64,000 nt of DNA, taken from NCBI GenBank assembly GCA_977020255.1, contig CDROCS010002069.1, positions 62,001 through 126,000 of the forward strand, in the 5' to 3' direction. Under the pieces are notes generated by a model that was not told where the DNA came from, made no database searches, and worked only from the letters and a program-made list of their open reading frames with translations. The first letter of the stretch is position 1, and every line of letters starts with the position of its first letter. Source of the DNA: Obrimoposthia wandeli. Lineage: Eukaryota. Positions 22,136-35,403 of the stretch are shown in pieces. Position numbers and translations under genes: made by a program.

Positions 22136-23410
22136 TATGTTATAATAAAGGTGCTCATGGGCAATAAAAAGTTAATGGATGTAGGTGTAGATTCAAACAT
22201 TGAACATATTTTAAAATCAAAAGTGTCTCAATGCAGGTAGACTAATTTTGTGCAAAAGTGCAGTTTAAAAAAAGTCAACAAATAAACTAAAAGTTAGTTA
22301 ATTCAACATATGGCTTTACTGTTTAACAATAACTTTGTAACTGAGATTGGTAAAGATTGCTAATTATATTGAGTTAAATAAATGGATTGGCTCTAGTTAG
22401 AATAACGATGTTAGATTTGTTTTAATCTAGATTTATCTTTCGTGGCGCGCATACATTCTTTCACATAGATCTCTTCAACTCTCACATTCCATTGTTAACA
22501 TACAAAACAGTGATAACATTTGCTTCTTGTATAGCGTGTTGACCATCCTAAAAAGAAATATAATTACTCTGTACAGAGAACGTTCAAGTAAACACACCCC
22601 TTTTCAAACGATTTGTGGCAGCATGGAATATATTTCCCCGTTAAAGTAACTGCGATATCTAGTTTTGAACACATGAATAATTTGTGTATTAATGTATTCA
22701 GATTTATTATCGATATCCGAGAAAATGTAACAGAATAGCCAAAATAACGGGACTGCGGTCAATTTAATTTTGCTTGAGCAAACAATAAATTCCACTATGC
22801 TGCAATTCCCAATTTATATGATTTCTAAATTTAGATAATGGAGCCTTACCGGTCATGAAAAGGTGTAAGTGGTGTTACAGATGTGTTAGGTTTGAGAATT
22901 AAGAAATTTAAATATTTTAGTCGATTAAATACTAAAATAAAAATCCTTGAAAGCAAGGTTGAAAATTAAATTAAATATTAATTTTAGTTTTAGAATTGAA
23001 ATTAGTGGAATTTAGGGTAAAAATTAGGAGGACCACGAAGGTCGTGTATAATGTGAAATGTATAAAAGTTAAATTAATTAACCCAAAAGGCGAACATTAA
23101 GCATTAATTAAGAAAAGGAAGTTAATTAGTAACGTCAATCAAGAGACGTCAATCAGGAAAGGTAAGCACATTTTAAGTGCAATAAGGCTAATCAATTTCA
23201 GATTATTCCAGAAGAATTCCAGTTCGCCTATTTTTCAGCTGTCGATTGATTGACAGACTGGACACTATATAAGTCAGACCAGAACGCACATAACACAGAC
23301 TAGAAAAAGAAAAGGGAACGAAGGAAATCGATATCTCCGACCGACAATCCACCACGAATCGGTAAGTAGTGATCGAAAGTAGATTAAAATTAATTTAGAT
23401 TTTTAGTCCT

Positions 23411-23790
23411 CCGTTCGAAGTAAAAGTTATTGAAGTAATCCGTTCGAAGTAAAAGTTATTGAAGTAATCCGTTCGAAGTAAAAGTTATTGAAGTAATCCG
23501 TTCAAAGCAAAAGTTATTGAAGTAATCCGTTCGAAACAAAAGTTATTGAAGTAATCCGTTCGAAGTAAAAGTTAGTTATTGAAGTAATCCGTTCGAAGTA
23601 AAGGTTATTGAAGTAATCCGTTCGAAGTAAAAGTTATTAAAGTAATCCGTTCGAAGTAAAAGTTATTGAAGTAATCCGTTCAAAGCAAAAGTTATTGAAG
23701 TAATCCGTTCGAAGTAAAAGTTATTGAAGTAATCCGTTCAAAGCAAAAGTTATTGAAGTAATCCGTTCAAAGCAAAAGTTATTGAAGTAA
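23411..23790. repeat. 29-bp tandem repeat, about 13 copies, inside LTR B
   Basis: Unit CCGTTCGAAGTAAAAGTTATTGAAGTAAT is directly visible. Confidence 0.92.
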
Positions 23791-23909
23791 TTGAAGTGAA
23801 AATCTCCGTACAAATCAATTTATTCGAAGACAATTCCGAAAAGACCCTACGGACCCTGCATCGGACATCCCACTAGTCGCAGTAATTGGTAAGCCGATCG
23901 ACTAGAGCA

Positions 23910-24345
23910 TTCATTGCCCCTAGTTGGCAATTAGGACACCTTCATTACCCCTTGTTGGTAATTCTAAATTTTGACCTAGTAAACAAATTCATTGTCCCTA
24001 GCTGGCAATTAGGATTTCCGACTCTTTAACTAAATCATTGCCCCTAGTTGGTAATTAAGATCAGCTATTTATTCATTGTCCCCAGCGACAATTAGGAATC
24101 ATACCAGACTTTTTGCCTGTAAGAATCATTGTCCCTAGCTGACAATTCGGTTCATTCATTGTCCCTAGTTGACAATTCGGACAAATACTCATTGTCCCTA
24201 GTTGACAATTCGGTAAGACTCATTGTCCCTAGCTGACAATTCGGCTCGTTCATTGTCCATAGTTGACAATTAGGAGTAAGTTTTTCATTGTCATCTTGAC
24301 AATTAGGTTTTTAGGAGACCCATTGTTCACAGTGGACAATTCGGG
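23910..24345. repeat. About 12 interspaced palindromic repeats (CATTGTCCCTAGTTGACAATT) inside LTR B
   Basis: The conserved ATTGTC-N7-GACAAT unit is separated by unique spacers of about 8-35 bp. Confidence 0.85.
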
Positions 24346-25901
24346 GTCAAACACACAGCAGTTAAGGAATCAAGAAACTTTATCTAGAGATAAGAAGTAG
24401 GAGCGAAGAAATTTAAGAGAGTTGCGTTATAGATTAACCAACCTAAGTAAGAAGAATAAACCTAAAAGCTTAATCACCTGAACGTAAAATCGATACGTGG
24501 TTCATCCCCACTTCTTGTAGAGACTTACAGAAGTCCTTTAGGAATTTTATCATACTTTTTAGAAATACGTACATAAACGTATTGTTGTGTTAGTTACGTG
24601 AATTACAAATAAACAATTTCCTACATTAGAACAAGTTGTTTTTGCACCCTTCAGACTAAGAGACATCTAATCAAATACCTTCAGATAGTACAAGAGATTA
24701 GGCAACCATAACACTAAGTAGGCCACGACCAACTTTAAGACCTGCTTCTAATCGAACTTACGTTGGGGCCCTCCGCACATTAAGAGGATCTGTACCAAGT
24801 TTCGTATAGAAACTCCAACAGATGTTTGCATGGATTAAGATCTGAGCTCTCTTATAGCAAACGCTTGATATTATGTAAACTGAATCTTGATGACAATACG
24901 CTGTACTGCATGTCAAAGGATAATTATATTTAATTCAGGGACTTGGCAAAATGCATACACGTTGAATTCAGGATGTATGCTGATTTTGAATCAATTTTAG
25001 CTTTACACGACCAGTATGAGAAGATTCACCTACCAGCATCGACAGGACTATTATTCTTAGGCCCCATTAAAACCCAGTTCATACATTTTCCGATACAAAT
25101 TGTATTTTAAATTTATGATTATAACTGGAATAGACTGGGTTAAATTTAATTTTAGTTTATGTTGTTATTTGTGCAGTCCACAGTCTAAGTTAGTCAGAGA
25201 TCATGATCTTAGGACAAACAGTTTTGTATCCAAAATAGCAGCGGGAATTAAAAATTTAGGTTGTTTAAATAAATTTAGTTTTATTGACCCACACATTTCG
25301 AAAGGAATAGAATGTGCAACCCATTCTTTGCGAGTTGCAGCCGTTTAATCTAAATCAATTGCAGACAAATTAGTAATAATAATAAATAATTCAATAGACT
25401 TTCAATCAAAGCTTTATCAGCATAGGAAGAATTTCCACCTTCAATTTAACATTATTTATCTTATCATTAAATAAAGAATTAAAGAAGTAATTAACAGATG
25501 TTACATCAGCATTTTCGCTAAATTAGTACCATCTATATTAATACTTTTATTTGAACATAAAGCAAAGTATCATTCAAATCTAAATACTCACTATTGAAAT
25601 CATTAATATTAAATTTTAAATCGGTTAAAGTGGTTCCTGAAACTGAGTTAACTAGAAATATATTTTCAAAGTAAGCTTTATCTACAACATGTGGAATTAA
25701 TTTATCAAATATACACAATTCAGTTTCGACAAAAACTCATTTTTCTAATATTGTTCCTGCAATTTCTTATGTTTGTTTATACCAATATTTTGCTTCTGTT
25801 TACATTAAAATCCTCTATCTACTTAACTTTTACTTGATGTACTTATCTAATTAAATTAGCAACGTCTGGTTCATCAAGTTAATTATGTGCATGCTTCTTA
25901 A

Positions 25902-26880
25902 CCCGAGAATCGTGCAATTTTGAAAATAAACTTTATTTACGTAAAAATATACTTACATGTAATAGATTCCTGGACTAAACGAAAAATATTCCGTTTTCAA
26001 AAAGAAGAAAAATCGTTTTTAAGTTTTGATAAAACAAATGAATTTCTGGACAATAAACATTAGAATGAATATCATTCAAATTACAAAAATGGTCATGTGA
26101 TATTTTTTAAGAATTAAAAAACAATTTTTTGGTGAATATAAAAAGTATAATGAGAAAAATTATTAAAATATATAATAATGCTCAACAACAGTATATATTT
26201 TTTAGGTTTGGGACAATATGCAATTAATTGAATATAGCTTCTATTAAAAACATGGATACATGTTTTCTCCTTTCTTCGTTGCCAAAAATTTTAGATACCC
26301 TTTCCTATTCGTAGCCATAGTTCCGATGCAATGTACTTTTTGATGCAATAATTGCATCGCAATTTGCACGGAAGTAAAGAATCTTATATCTGAAACCATG
26401 TAAATTTTGATTACGTACTTTCCAGGTTTATTTTTATTGTAAATCTTCATGTTGCATTTTCTTGCAGTAAAATCTATTTTTTATACTTTTTTAATTTTTA
26501 ATATTGTAATTTATTTTGTATATATGTCAATTATAATAACAATAATACAAATTTATAGAGTGCTCAATATTTACAAAACGTAATATACCTAAATTTGAAA
26601 ATATTGTCATATGATTTTTAACTAACAGTTTTTGAAATACCTAACCTTTTTTAGAGATCAAACATGACCTTGCAAAAAATAGCGTCTTTAATGAACTTTT
26701 TCGTGCGAAACTTTGAAAATAAATTCAACTTAATATATCTTAGGAATTACTCAACTCCAGAAAGCGGGAGTTCGGATGCCAGCTTCCATTTTTGAGACTT
26801 TCCTATTTATGAAAAAAATGACTCAAAATTCGGCCTATTTCTTATGATATTTCACCCGTCGTGTTTTTGATGTTCTCGGG
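25902..26880 (-). mobile_element. Internally deleted piggyBac element
   Basis: TTAA TSDs at 25898-25901 and 26881-26884, CCCGAGAA terminal inverted repeats, and remnant NKPGKYVIKIY..FFTSV..CIGTMATNRKG. Confidence 0.88.
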
Positions 26881-28097
26881 TTAAAAGTTGATATTAGTTT
26901 ATTATACTTATATTAAAGGTAGTTCTTTCCTAATTTTGATATAAATCGTCCTAGTCTCTTCAAAAGAGGAAAGGCAAATCTACCTAATATTCTACGCCAA
27001 CCGGATTCATATTGTTTACCAACAAAATATGGTAATTCTCCACCTCGTTGGCTTTTACTATAATCTTCAATTATTGCCGGATTCACCATTTTGTTTACTT
27101 AAATGTATTGTTAAACTTGTCTTGGCTCCGTACGTGAAATCTATTAGTTGTCCGGAATCATCTCTAATATTTACTTTAATATTGACTATAGATAAGAAAG
27201 CAGTTGGAAGATGCATTGGTTGATCTATTCGAATACCGATAACTTCATCAATTTTAGTTTGAATTTCAGATATCCATATAAGTTTTGTCTGATTACTAGC
27301 TTTTATGGATTTTAAACTGTAAGGGTTTCAAAATTTATTTCCCCTAAAATCATGATTTATAGCGAGTTTATTGTTTCTGTTGTTACTAAAGACAGAAATT
27401 TTTACTAATGTATTAGTTGGAAATAATAATCCAATTAAAAATATAACAAATATGTAATATTTCAATACGGCTTAATGGATATTATGCTGATGGCGATGAA
27501 AATAAAATACAACCTCTTTGAATAAAGCTAATAAGGTGTTTTATATGTCATTGTTAATAAATTTAATGAAATAAAATCTTGTTTTGTATTTTGATTTTTC
27601 TCCTAAAATTATATAAATCTGACTTACATATTTTTGTCCCTGTAACAGACATTAAAATGTAGTCATTTTTTCATACAGAATTATCATCTAAAATCTCATA
27701 TTTGACAAGTTGATAATGATGGAATCAATATGGATTCATTTGGTATTATATATTCACTTTTAAGTACTTAAGTACAAGTTTCGTTTTCAATGGGTTAAAT
27801 AATCAATTAATTTTAAATAATATAAACTTCAAATTATACTTTTAATAATGTTTATTACTTATATTCTCTTTTAAAGAATGTATTTAGCAAAAAATAAGCA
27901 CATATTCGACGTCAATTTAATATTATTAATACATATTATAAAAATTATTAAGATTGAAGGACGCTACTTGATATTATTCTCTTGTTAGAAGAAAGGAAAA
28001 TATATAATTGGAAAGAAAATAACACATACTTTTCATTAGTTAATATTTGTGAAAATTTACAGCCAAAGAGTACAAAGAAAATAGGCATCAAACATTT

Positions 28098-30164
28098 CTA
28101 TCTTTTGCGTCTATAATATCTAACTAGCCACCAACCAAACAGTACGATCCCAACGACAAATGAAGTCTTGAGCAAAATATTGGAGCAAATAATCAAACTC
28201 TTCTCAGAATTGAGTTCTGTTGAAAACTGTGCAGCATCTTTCGTCGAAATCCGGTAACCATTTAGAGCACTATTTGAGTTATCGTCTCGAGAGATTAGAT
28301 ATAGACCAGTCGATGTCCTCGACAACCATCCCTGGGGGAAGAAACAAGCATCATGTAGACTTTGATTAAGATGTACTTTATAAATTACAATTCTAGAGAA
28401 ATTTTATTCTGATTCCAAATGTGTCACTCCGTTTTATAAAACACTAAGATTTTGATAATTTGAACAAGCTTGGAGTTCATTCGGCCATATTTCCCAGCCC
28501 ACATTCCCACTCATTGATACTCTCACACTATAAATATAAATATCTATCGACCCGGTACCTCAGAAAAAGATGTAATACCAACAAAAAGGCTATCTAACTG
28601 AAAGAAAAGAAATCTAACCCTATTATAAATAGAAACAATCACTCAAGTCGTGCAACTTCAAGTAAATTAAGAAAAATTTATATTTTAATCATTACACTTA
28701 AAGGCCGAATTTTGTATTCTGATGAGGGTTGATTCCATTTGGACGGCGACATCAGCATATGTCACTGCCGGATTTAGTCTGCAAGCAAGCCCAACCAATT
28801 TGTTTAACAAAAAAACACGTCATCCTCAAAAACTTCGTACTGTTGCAATCATTCCTTTTTAATCAAACAATTAATAGAACAAATTATCTTCGATTCCGAG
28901 AAGGAAATTGTCACAAACAACTTTTTACACGATGTCGCACCTGCATATTATGCTACCATTGTTCGAGCCTATCTGTATAATGTTTCCGCGAGTTTCCTTG
29001 TGATTATTGGTCTAGGGTCTCCTAACAATAACAATAATATACCTGATATAGCACTAATATCTGATAAATGCATGATTTATTTTTCAAAAGCGCTTCCTCT
29101 TTTACAATATTCTTCGTAATTTTCGTAATATTCTTGATTCGGAAATGCATGTCCTTTACTAAAATCGATTTCTCACAAACGTTTATAGGTTAAAATATAA
29201 ATAAAATCTCCAACCAAATATCAATTCCCTTGGAAATATTTCCCTTCATGTCAACTAACACCGCATATTATTTTTTGTATATACTTGGAGGTCGATGAGA
29301 ATCGATAATTCCATGAAGTGGTTGATGGTCTTCAAAGTTTGGCACCTACTCTAATAAAAATACTTTTCTTTTTATGTCAATTACATTTTAAAATCAAGTC
29401 ACTATGTTCTATTTAAATTAATGACAAATTAGAAGGAGAAAAATATGGATTAATTTGAACTACAGAGAAATATGAGTAAAAGGAAATTCATGTTTCCTGT
29501 TTCATGATTTACGTAAACTTGTGATTTTTGCTACACTTTTACATAATCGGTAACATACCATAACTATCATAAATCACTCGTCCTATTAAATTTTTTAAAA
29601 GAAAATATCTCAGGTTCATTGTAAATGTACAAAATCAAGTCACTCAATGATTAACAATTCGTTATGAACTATCAAAATCAAATAAATTTGTCCTACCTGA
29701 ATGGAGACGTCGGTACCAGAAAACAGCATTTTATCAATCGTTCTCAGTCCACCAAATCCTTCACGTTTCACGAAATTGTCAGAAATGGTCTCACAAACCG
29801 CATCTAGTCCATCTAATTCCGCAATATTTGACACAATCACTTCTTCGTATCGTGGCCAAAAAACCCAACTCCAGTAATTTCGCTGAAGTGCTACACCGGG
29901 ACTTGATTTCACAAAATGAGAAACCGGATTCAGGATCATTTCTGATTTACTGTTCGGCTTTTCAAGTAACATTTGAATCCATATTACAACATCATCATAA
30001 ATTTTGTTCTGTGTATCATTATGGGAGACAATTTTCCCCGATGCAATGAGATTACATCCAAGTTCATTTACCACTAGCTCATCATTCACTAATTTGGATT
30101 CTTTCACAACATTATTAGCATAAAAAGTTGATATTGATTGGTAGTCAGTCAAAAAATTGACATT
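28098..30164 (-). CDS. Host gene 3' exons (29697-30164 and 28098-28331) encoding a C-terminally anchored membrane protein; 5' exons not resolved
   Basis: Phase-0 compatible junction SIQ|GWL with canonical cag and gt sites. The C-terminus is SFVVGIVLFGWWLVRYYRRKR. Confidence 0.65.
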
Positions 30165-32029
30165 CTGATATTATAATAAATGTGTATTATTATTTTAAGT
30201 AAGCAACATACCGACAAATATTTACACTTTAAAATATAGATCCCTGTCCCAATTACTACATCAATCCCTAACCCAATCAATAAATTATCCATAAATTGGT
30301 TATTAATAATTGAATTTATAATATAAAAATTCAGTACATAACTTAATTGTTTACCTTCAAGTTTAAAATCTTAAAGAAAACATGTGACTAGAATTATATA
30401 CTCTTGATAAACAAAGGTAATCAGTGTAATTTTATAGTTTCAAGAAGATAGATATAGATATAGATAAAGAACTACAGTTTAAAAATTATTGATTTTTTAT
30501 TTTTTAATTTAGTCCATACGTGAGCATAATCTACTTTAAAAAAAAAAAATTATTAAAAAAATATAAAAGGTGGTATGAAATGTAGATAAACAAGTTTTTT
30601 ATTAACAAGCTTTTTGGATTAACTGTAGATCTTTATCTTTTCTATAATATTGTGTTTCTTTACAAAAACTTTTTAAAATATTTTTTTGGATCTTCAAAGC
30701 TCAAAAGTATATCAATAAAGATAAAACACATAAACTATGATATTTTACGAATGCATTCAAGTAGAAATCAAACTGATACACTATTATTGATAATATAGGT
30801 GCATCTCACAAATACTTTTCAAGGGATAAAATGTAGATTATTAGAAGGGCTTAGGATTAATTAAAATGGTACGTTAATTCTGCAATTTATTTATGTGTGT
30901 CAAATAAAAAATAATCTTTAAATTTATTATCCGACGTTATGATCATTTGTTAGGCTTCATATATAAAAAAATAACAAACTTATGTTAAAAATAACTTTAT
31001 TGGTAAAATTCCAACAATTTATAAAAGGACTACTGAAAATAATAATGACTGTTTCAAAATAAAATTAATAAAGTATCTTGATTACAATGAATAGAAAACT
31101 AAAAATCTTCTGTTAATGGATCATTTATGTCAGTTGTCTCTCAACACGAGATGGCGTGAGCAAGAAGTAGAAATTTGAAGGTTTAAATCTAGGCTTTTTA
31201 TAGTTTTATAGGGGTGGCACTTGGGTTTAAATATCGTGTTTTTTAAAAGGAGATTAGAAAATCTAAAATAAGTTTTGTTAATGTAATTAATTGCCCCTTT
31301 CGGATTTATTCGAAAATCTATGGTGGTATGTGCGTACTTGTTAACATTGTAAAGTTTTATGTAGTTCTAATAATATAGAATGTTTTTAACCAAAAGTTTG
31401 AATTTGCAAAAATATGCATTTTTGAATTGGTATTAATTTATTTTGAAGAATGATCTTTGGTTCAAAAATGAACGATTTTCATTAATACGGGATTCATCAA
31501 TAAATTTTATTTTGTTAACATGTGAATTAACAAAACAGCCATATATGAATTATAATCACCTAATTTAAAGAACTTTCAATCTAAAATAATGATATTAGTA
31601 TTTAATTATGCATTTTGGTATAGTTCTTATTCTCAAAAAAACATGATACTAACATGAAAACATCATTAACAAAAAAGGAATTGTAAACAAAATTAAATAA
31701 TTTTCTTCAACTATCAGTCTTTTTAAGTAGATTACTGCACAACATTTTTGTTGATTTTTAAAGAATAGAATGATAATTATAAATTTTTCCCTATTTTAGT
31801 TCTCAAACTCATTTTTTGTTTTATTCTTCTCTGATAATTTTTATGAATTTTATAGTATTGTAAGTATTTTATATTCGGAATTTTAAATAATATAATATTC
31901 CACTTCTGTAATATTCTCCCTGGAAATTTTACAACGAAAAAATCAATTGATAAAAAATCTATTTTTAAAAATAGTAGAAGTTATCAACAAATTCAAGTAA
32001 GAAAAATTGTGAATTGTAAAATTTTGTCT

Positions 32030-32420
32030 ATAGCTATTTATTGTAACTTTTCTCTTCGTTCGCTTATCAAAAATTCGGATAGAGGACGACCACTCTGCAC
32101 ATCGGCGGAAAATGCCAGACTTCTGGCTGTATGTTCACGCAATTGATGGCCGATAACGAGATGAATTCTCGACCGAGAATTGCGTGGTCCGGCAGTTAGC
32201 ATCAGCTGCCCGATGCACGCTGCAATCTGAGCGACTTCCTCCAAAAAAGTAAGTTTTATTTTTGACAAATCTTATCTAATATTTCGCGGTAAATATTTAT
32301 TGCGAAATAGAAGATAAGACCTATTTGACCACCTGATGATTCCATAAGGACGAAACTAGCCGCTCAATCGTGGGCATTTTCAAATAATTAAAATTCTAAT
32401 TAGCTAATTAATATTAATCG
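32030..32420 (+). mobile_element. Penelope-like 3' fragment with a degenerate hammerhead at 32329-32373
   Basis: GIY-YIG-like RIEDDH..HAID..F.TEN, a hairpin at 32281-32308, then CCAC-CTGATGA-TTCC ATAA GGAC-GAAAC..ATC-GTGG. Confidence 0.55.
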
Positions 32421-34001
32421 AATTTTTATAGCAATTTTAATTTTTTTTAAACTAAAATTTAAACATTCACATTAACCTCTCGAGCTCGATGTAACGAGTA
32501 CTACATATCATTCCCAACAGTATGATAAAAGAAAGTAAAATTTAAAAAATCGACATTTTTTTATTATGTTAATTAATAAAGATTTATAGTCTAAATAATT
32601 AACACAAATAATTGTACTTTATCCACAAACATATGGTACATCAAATACAAAATATTTAATTTCTTGTTTGGAAATATTAATTAGGCTAAATATTTTTAGT
32701 CAATTTTATGTTTAGTTAATTATATTAGTTAATTATTTTAAATTTAATATTTTATTTTATTTAATAATTTTAGATGCGTTTATAAACATACATTTTTTGA
32801 AATACTTAACCTTACTTAGAGGTTAAACGTAAACTTGCAACAACAAATAATAGATTATTTGTACTTTTTAGAACGAAATTTTAAATATAACTTAAACCTG
32901 AAACATCTGAGGAAATACTCAATTTCTAGTTATAAAAAAATATACTCAAAATTCAGCCTTTTTCTACCGTTGAGTTTTGTTGTCTCGGCAATTCTTTGAA
33001 TAGGGTCATATGTCTAGAAAAAATCAGTCAGAGTATTTAGAATGTCATATGATATAGTCTGTAATTCACAAGGACTTCAGTAAAACAGAAATAAGGCAAA
33101 TAGGTTCACACTAAATTTCGTGCAAAGGTCCTTGATGAATCTGAAATAACAATGATTATGTTGTGGCTACAAAACTAAGGCAATGGACCAGTATACAAAA
33201 TCTTTTTGCATATCAACAATTGTCTTATACATTAGTAAGTTAAAATATAATAAATAACATTATAAAATAAAAAAGAATTTTAATTCATTTTGAAGAGGAT
33301 TTCGTACCGATTGTTGCCATGACTCTGGAAAAACTGAGAGAATAGTAATAGTAAGACACATGGTTTATTAATTTTATTGATAAGTACAATTTTGTATTTA
33401 TTGATTCAGCAGGTTTAACGGTTATTCTTATTGAGAGGAAGGCACCTTTGAAATTGACCCTATACTTAATTTAACAAATAAAACCCTAAATGCTGCAAAG
33501 AGTTCTGTAATTTACGGATATTTGTGCTACCATATTTTCTGGACCATAGCCTGCTACATAACATGTTACAAAAATAGGAAGACAACAAATTAATGTACCA
33601 AGCTTTAAAATGGGGAAACTAAAATTATCTTTTCAGAGAATTCTCTTTATTATTAATCTATTTTATTTGAATTCTTATACGTCTAGTGCCGTACATTATT
33701 ACAATAGTTGTATTTGTAGTTGGATACAGTTTTTTGTCACTGCTTTCTGTTTTTTGTTATAAACAGATTACAAAATAAAAATATAAAATATTTTAGAAAA
33801 TATGTATTTTAAATATGTATTTTGACAATTACAGTATTAGTCATGAATGCATTATAAATGTAATAGTGTTAGGATTACAATTTTTAAAAAATAAAAATAC
33901 AATTTAAAAATTTTAATTATTTCTTAATTAAGAAATAACGAGAGAAAATTTCCTTAATTAGGGAAATGTTTTAGGGTATTATAATCAGTTTTATTAGTTC
34001 A

Positions 34002-34046
34002 GTCCCCGACCGGCTTAACCGGTTTCGTCGGGCTCGTCAGGGGGAC
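34002..34046 (-). ncRNA. Type I hammerhead ribozyme with minimal stem II
   Basis: Minus strand GTCCCC-CTGACGA-GCCCGAC-GAA-ACCGG TTAAG CCGGT-C-GGGGAC. Perfect stems I and III, GUC cleavage site at 34008. Confidence 0.75.
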
Positions 34047-35350
34047 GGCAGATTTATCTCTGACTTCGCGGTGGGCAAAATGCCCGCGAAGTCAGAGATA
34101 AATAAGGAGAAAATAAACAAAGGACAATCACCTGCACAAAGTCATCCAGGTTGTGCAGCGCCGCCCTCCACTATCCTGATGACTGGCACCATGGATTATG
34201 CAGTTGTTCTGACTGCGAAAGCAGAATAGCAGCAGTCGGCCACTACAAAGATGACTGGATTCTCTCCTTATCTCCCTCATCAACCAGCAGCCGTCGTCTC
34301 TCTCCTTAGCCTTCCCTCTCGATAATGCTACTGCGTGGGTTTGGATTCGGAGATTAGACTACCCCAAGTTTCATACTAACTGACGACGTTGTTGTGTATG
34401 TGCAAGTGTGTTTTTACTTGGAATGTATTGATCCAATGTCTCTACACCACAACTCTATCTCTCTCTCTCATTGGTGTGGACGGTTATTGATTTTGGTTTT
34501 TGCCTGTCCCTATTAAATACTGCAGACTTGCAGCGGATTTGACACAAAAAACAATCGTACAATTGTTAATATTGTTCGAATAATAAGAAACAACAACGAA
34601 TTCAATCCTGGATAATATATTATTCCATTTTTTGTTTGTATTTTGTTCAGTTAAAATTGTTATAATTTATCTACTGTTAAACAGATTTGTCTTCTAATGG
34701 ATTCTTCTTCTATAAATCAAAAATAGCAAAATTGGAGAATTTTTATAATCTGGTAACACACTCTGAAAATTGATTCCCATGTTTTGCTATTTATAGCGTG
34801 ATCGGCCACGGATCGACGATCTGAACCAGCACACACACACCCGAACCACATGAATACACTAGTCAATTTCCACAGAAGGAAGGGAGATACAACATATAAA
34901 GAGAGAGAGTGTTGTGTCAAATAAACTGTAGTTACAGCAGAAAAGTACACATTGTTGCTGCGGTAAGGGAGAATACTAGACAGTATGTGTGGGGGGAGAT
35001 GGCTCTTTTAGAGTGGTAGGCTGATATCAGGTGACCAATTAACACTGATGTTGCCGTCGAGATTGACCAAATCTGCTGAGAGATGTTTTGTAGAAGGCAG
35101 AAGATGTGGCAGATCGGACCAGTGGTATGGCGAATTGGACCAACTCGATCTATTATTCTGGCCCCACTTTGATTGACGGGAGTGGCTCGTTGTTGTTGAT
35201 TCTGCTGCAATAGTACGCAGTCTGCAGGAAATATCGATTGCCACCCGCCTGTAGCAGTCTGACTTGTTTGTGTCGAGAAGGATAGGTCGCTGCTACTGGG
35301 CGGTAATTTCCAGTTAAAAGCACTTCCTTATCTTTTGCATTTTTTCTGCC

Positions 35351-35403
35351 GCCTCCCTGATGAGCCCGGCAGGGTGAAACGGGGTTTTTACCCCGTCGGA
35401 GGC
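35351..35403 (+). ncRNA. Canonical type I hammerhead ribozyme
   Basis: GCCTCC-CTGATGA-GCCC GGCA GGGT-GAA-ACGGGG TTTTTA CCCCGT-C-GGAGGC. All core residues and three stems present, cleavage after C35397. Confidence 0.9.

Larger units (their letters stand above)
22884..24820 (+). mobile_element. Solo LTR B inserted in the remnant polB
   Basis: TGTT...AACA termini with GATG TSD. Removing it restores the codons for KWCYRCLHG. Confidence 0.9.
22230..27310. mobile_element. Older, diverged Polinton remnant (element C) with nested insertions
   Basis: The + strand has pPolB N-terminal homology (IVNIQNSDNICFLYS, CKWCYR|CLHGLRS, MYADFESIL) at about 22380-22883 and 24825-25090. The - strand has penton end, core-protein gene and MCP start (DDSGQLIDFTYGAKTSL, QRGGELPYFVGKQY, ELCIFDK, FKQPKFLIP) at about 25100-27310. 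Confidence 0.85.

Noticed and set aside
23411-24345. True CRISPR array
   Set aside because: Eukaryotic LTR context, no cas genes, degenerate repeats, and spacers too short and variable.
28720-29020. Extra exon of the tail-anchored gene
   Set aside because: All minus frames contain stops and weakly resemble retrotransposon gag. The flanking exons join in phase without it.
32040-32250. Tc1 transposase reading (RGRPLCTSAEN..)
   Set aside because: Another frame resembles a GIY-YIG tail and is followed by a hammerhead, which fits a Penelope end better. This is not fully excluded.
32900-33780. Plus-strand multi-exon membrane protein gene
   Set aside because: There are hydrophobic patches and splice-like signals, but I could not build a stop-free, phase-consistent model.
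34170-34230. Additional hammerhead at CTGATGA near 34177 (also near 28717)
   Set aside because: The core halves are not joined by a proper stem II, and stems I and III cannot be formed.
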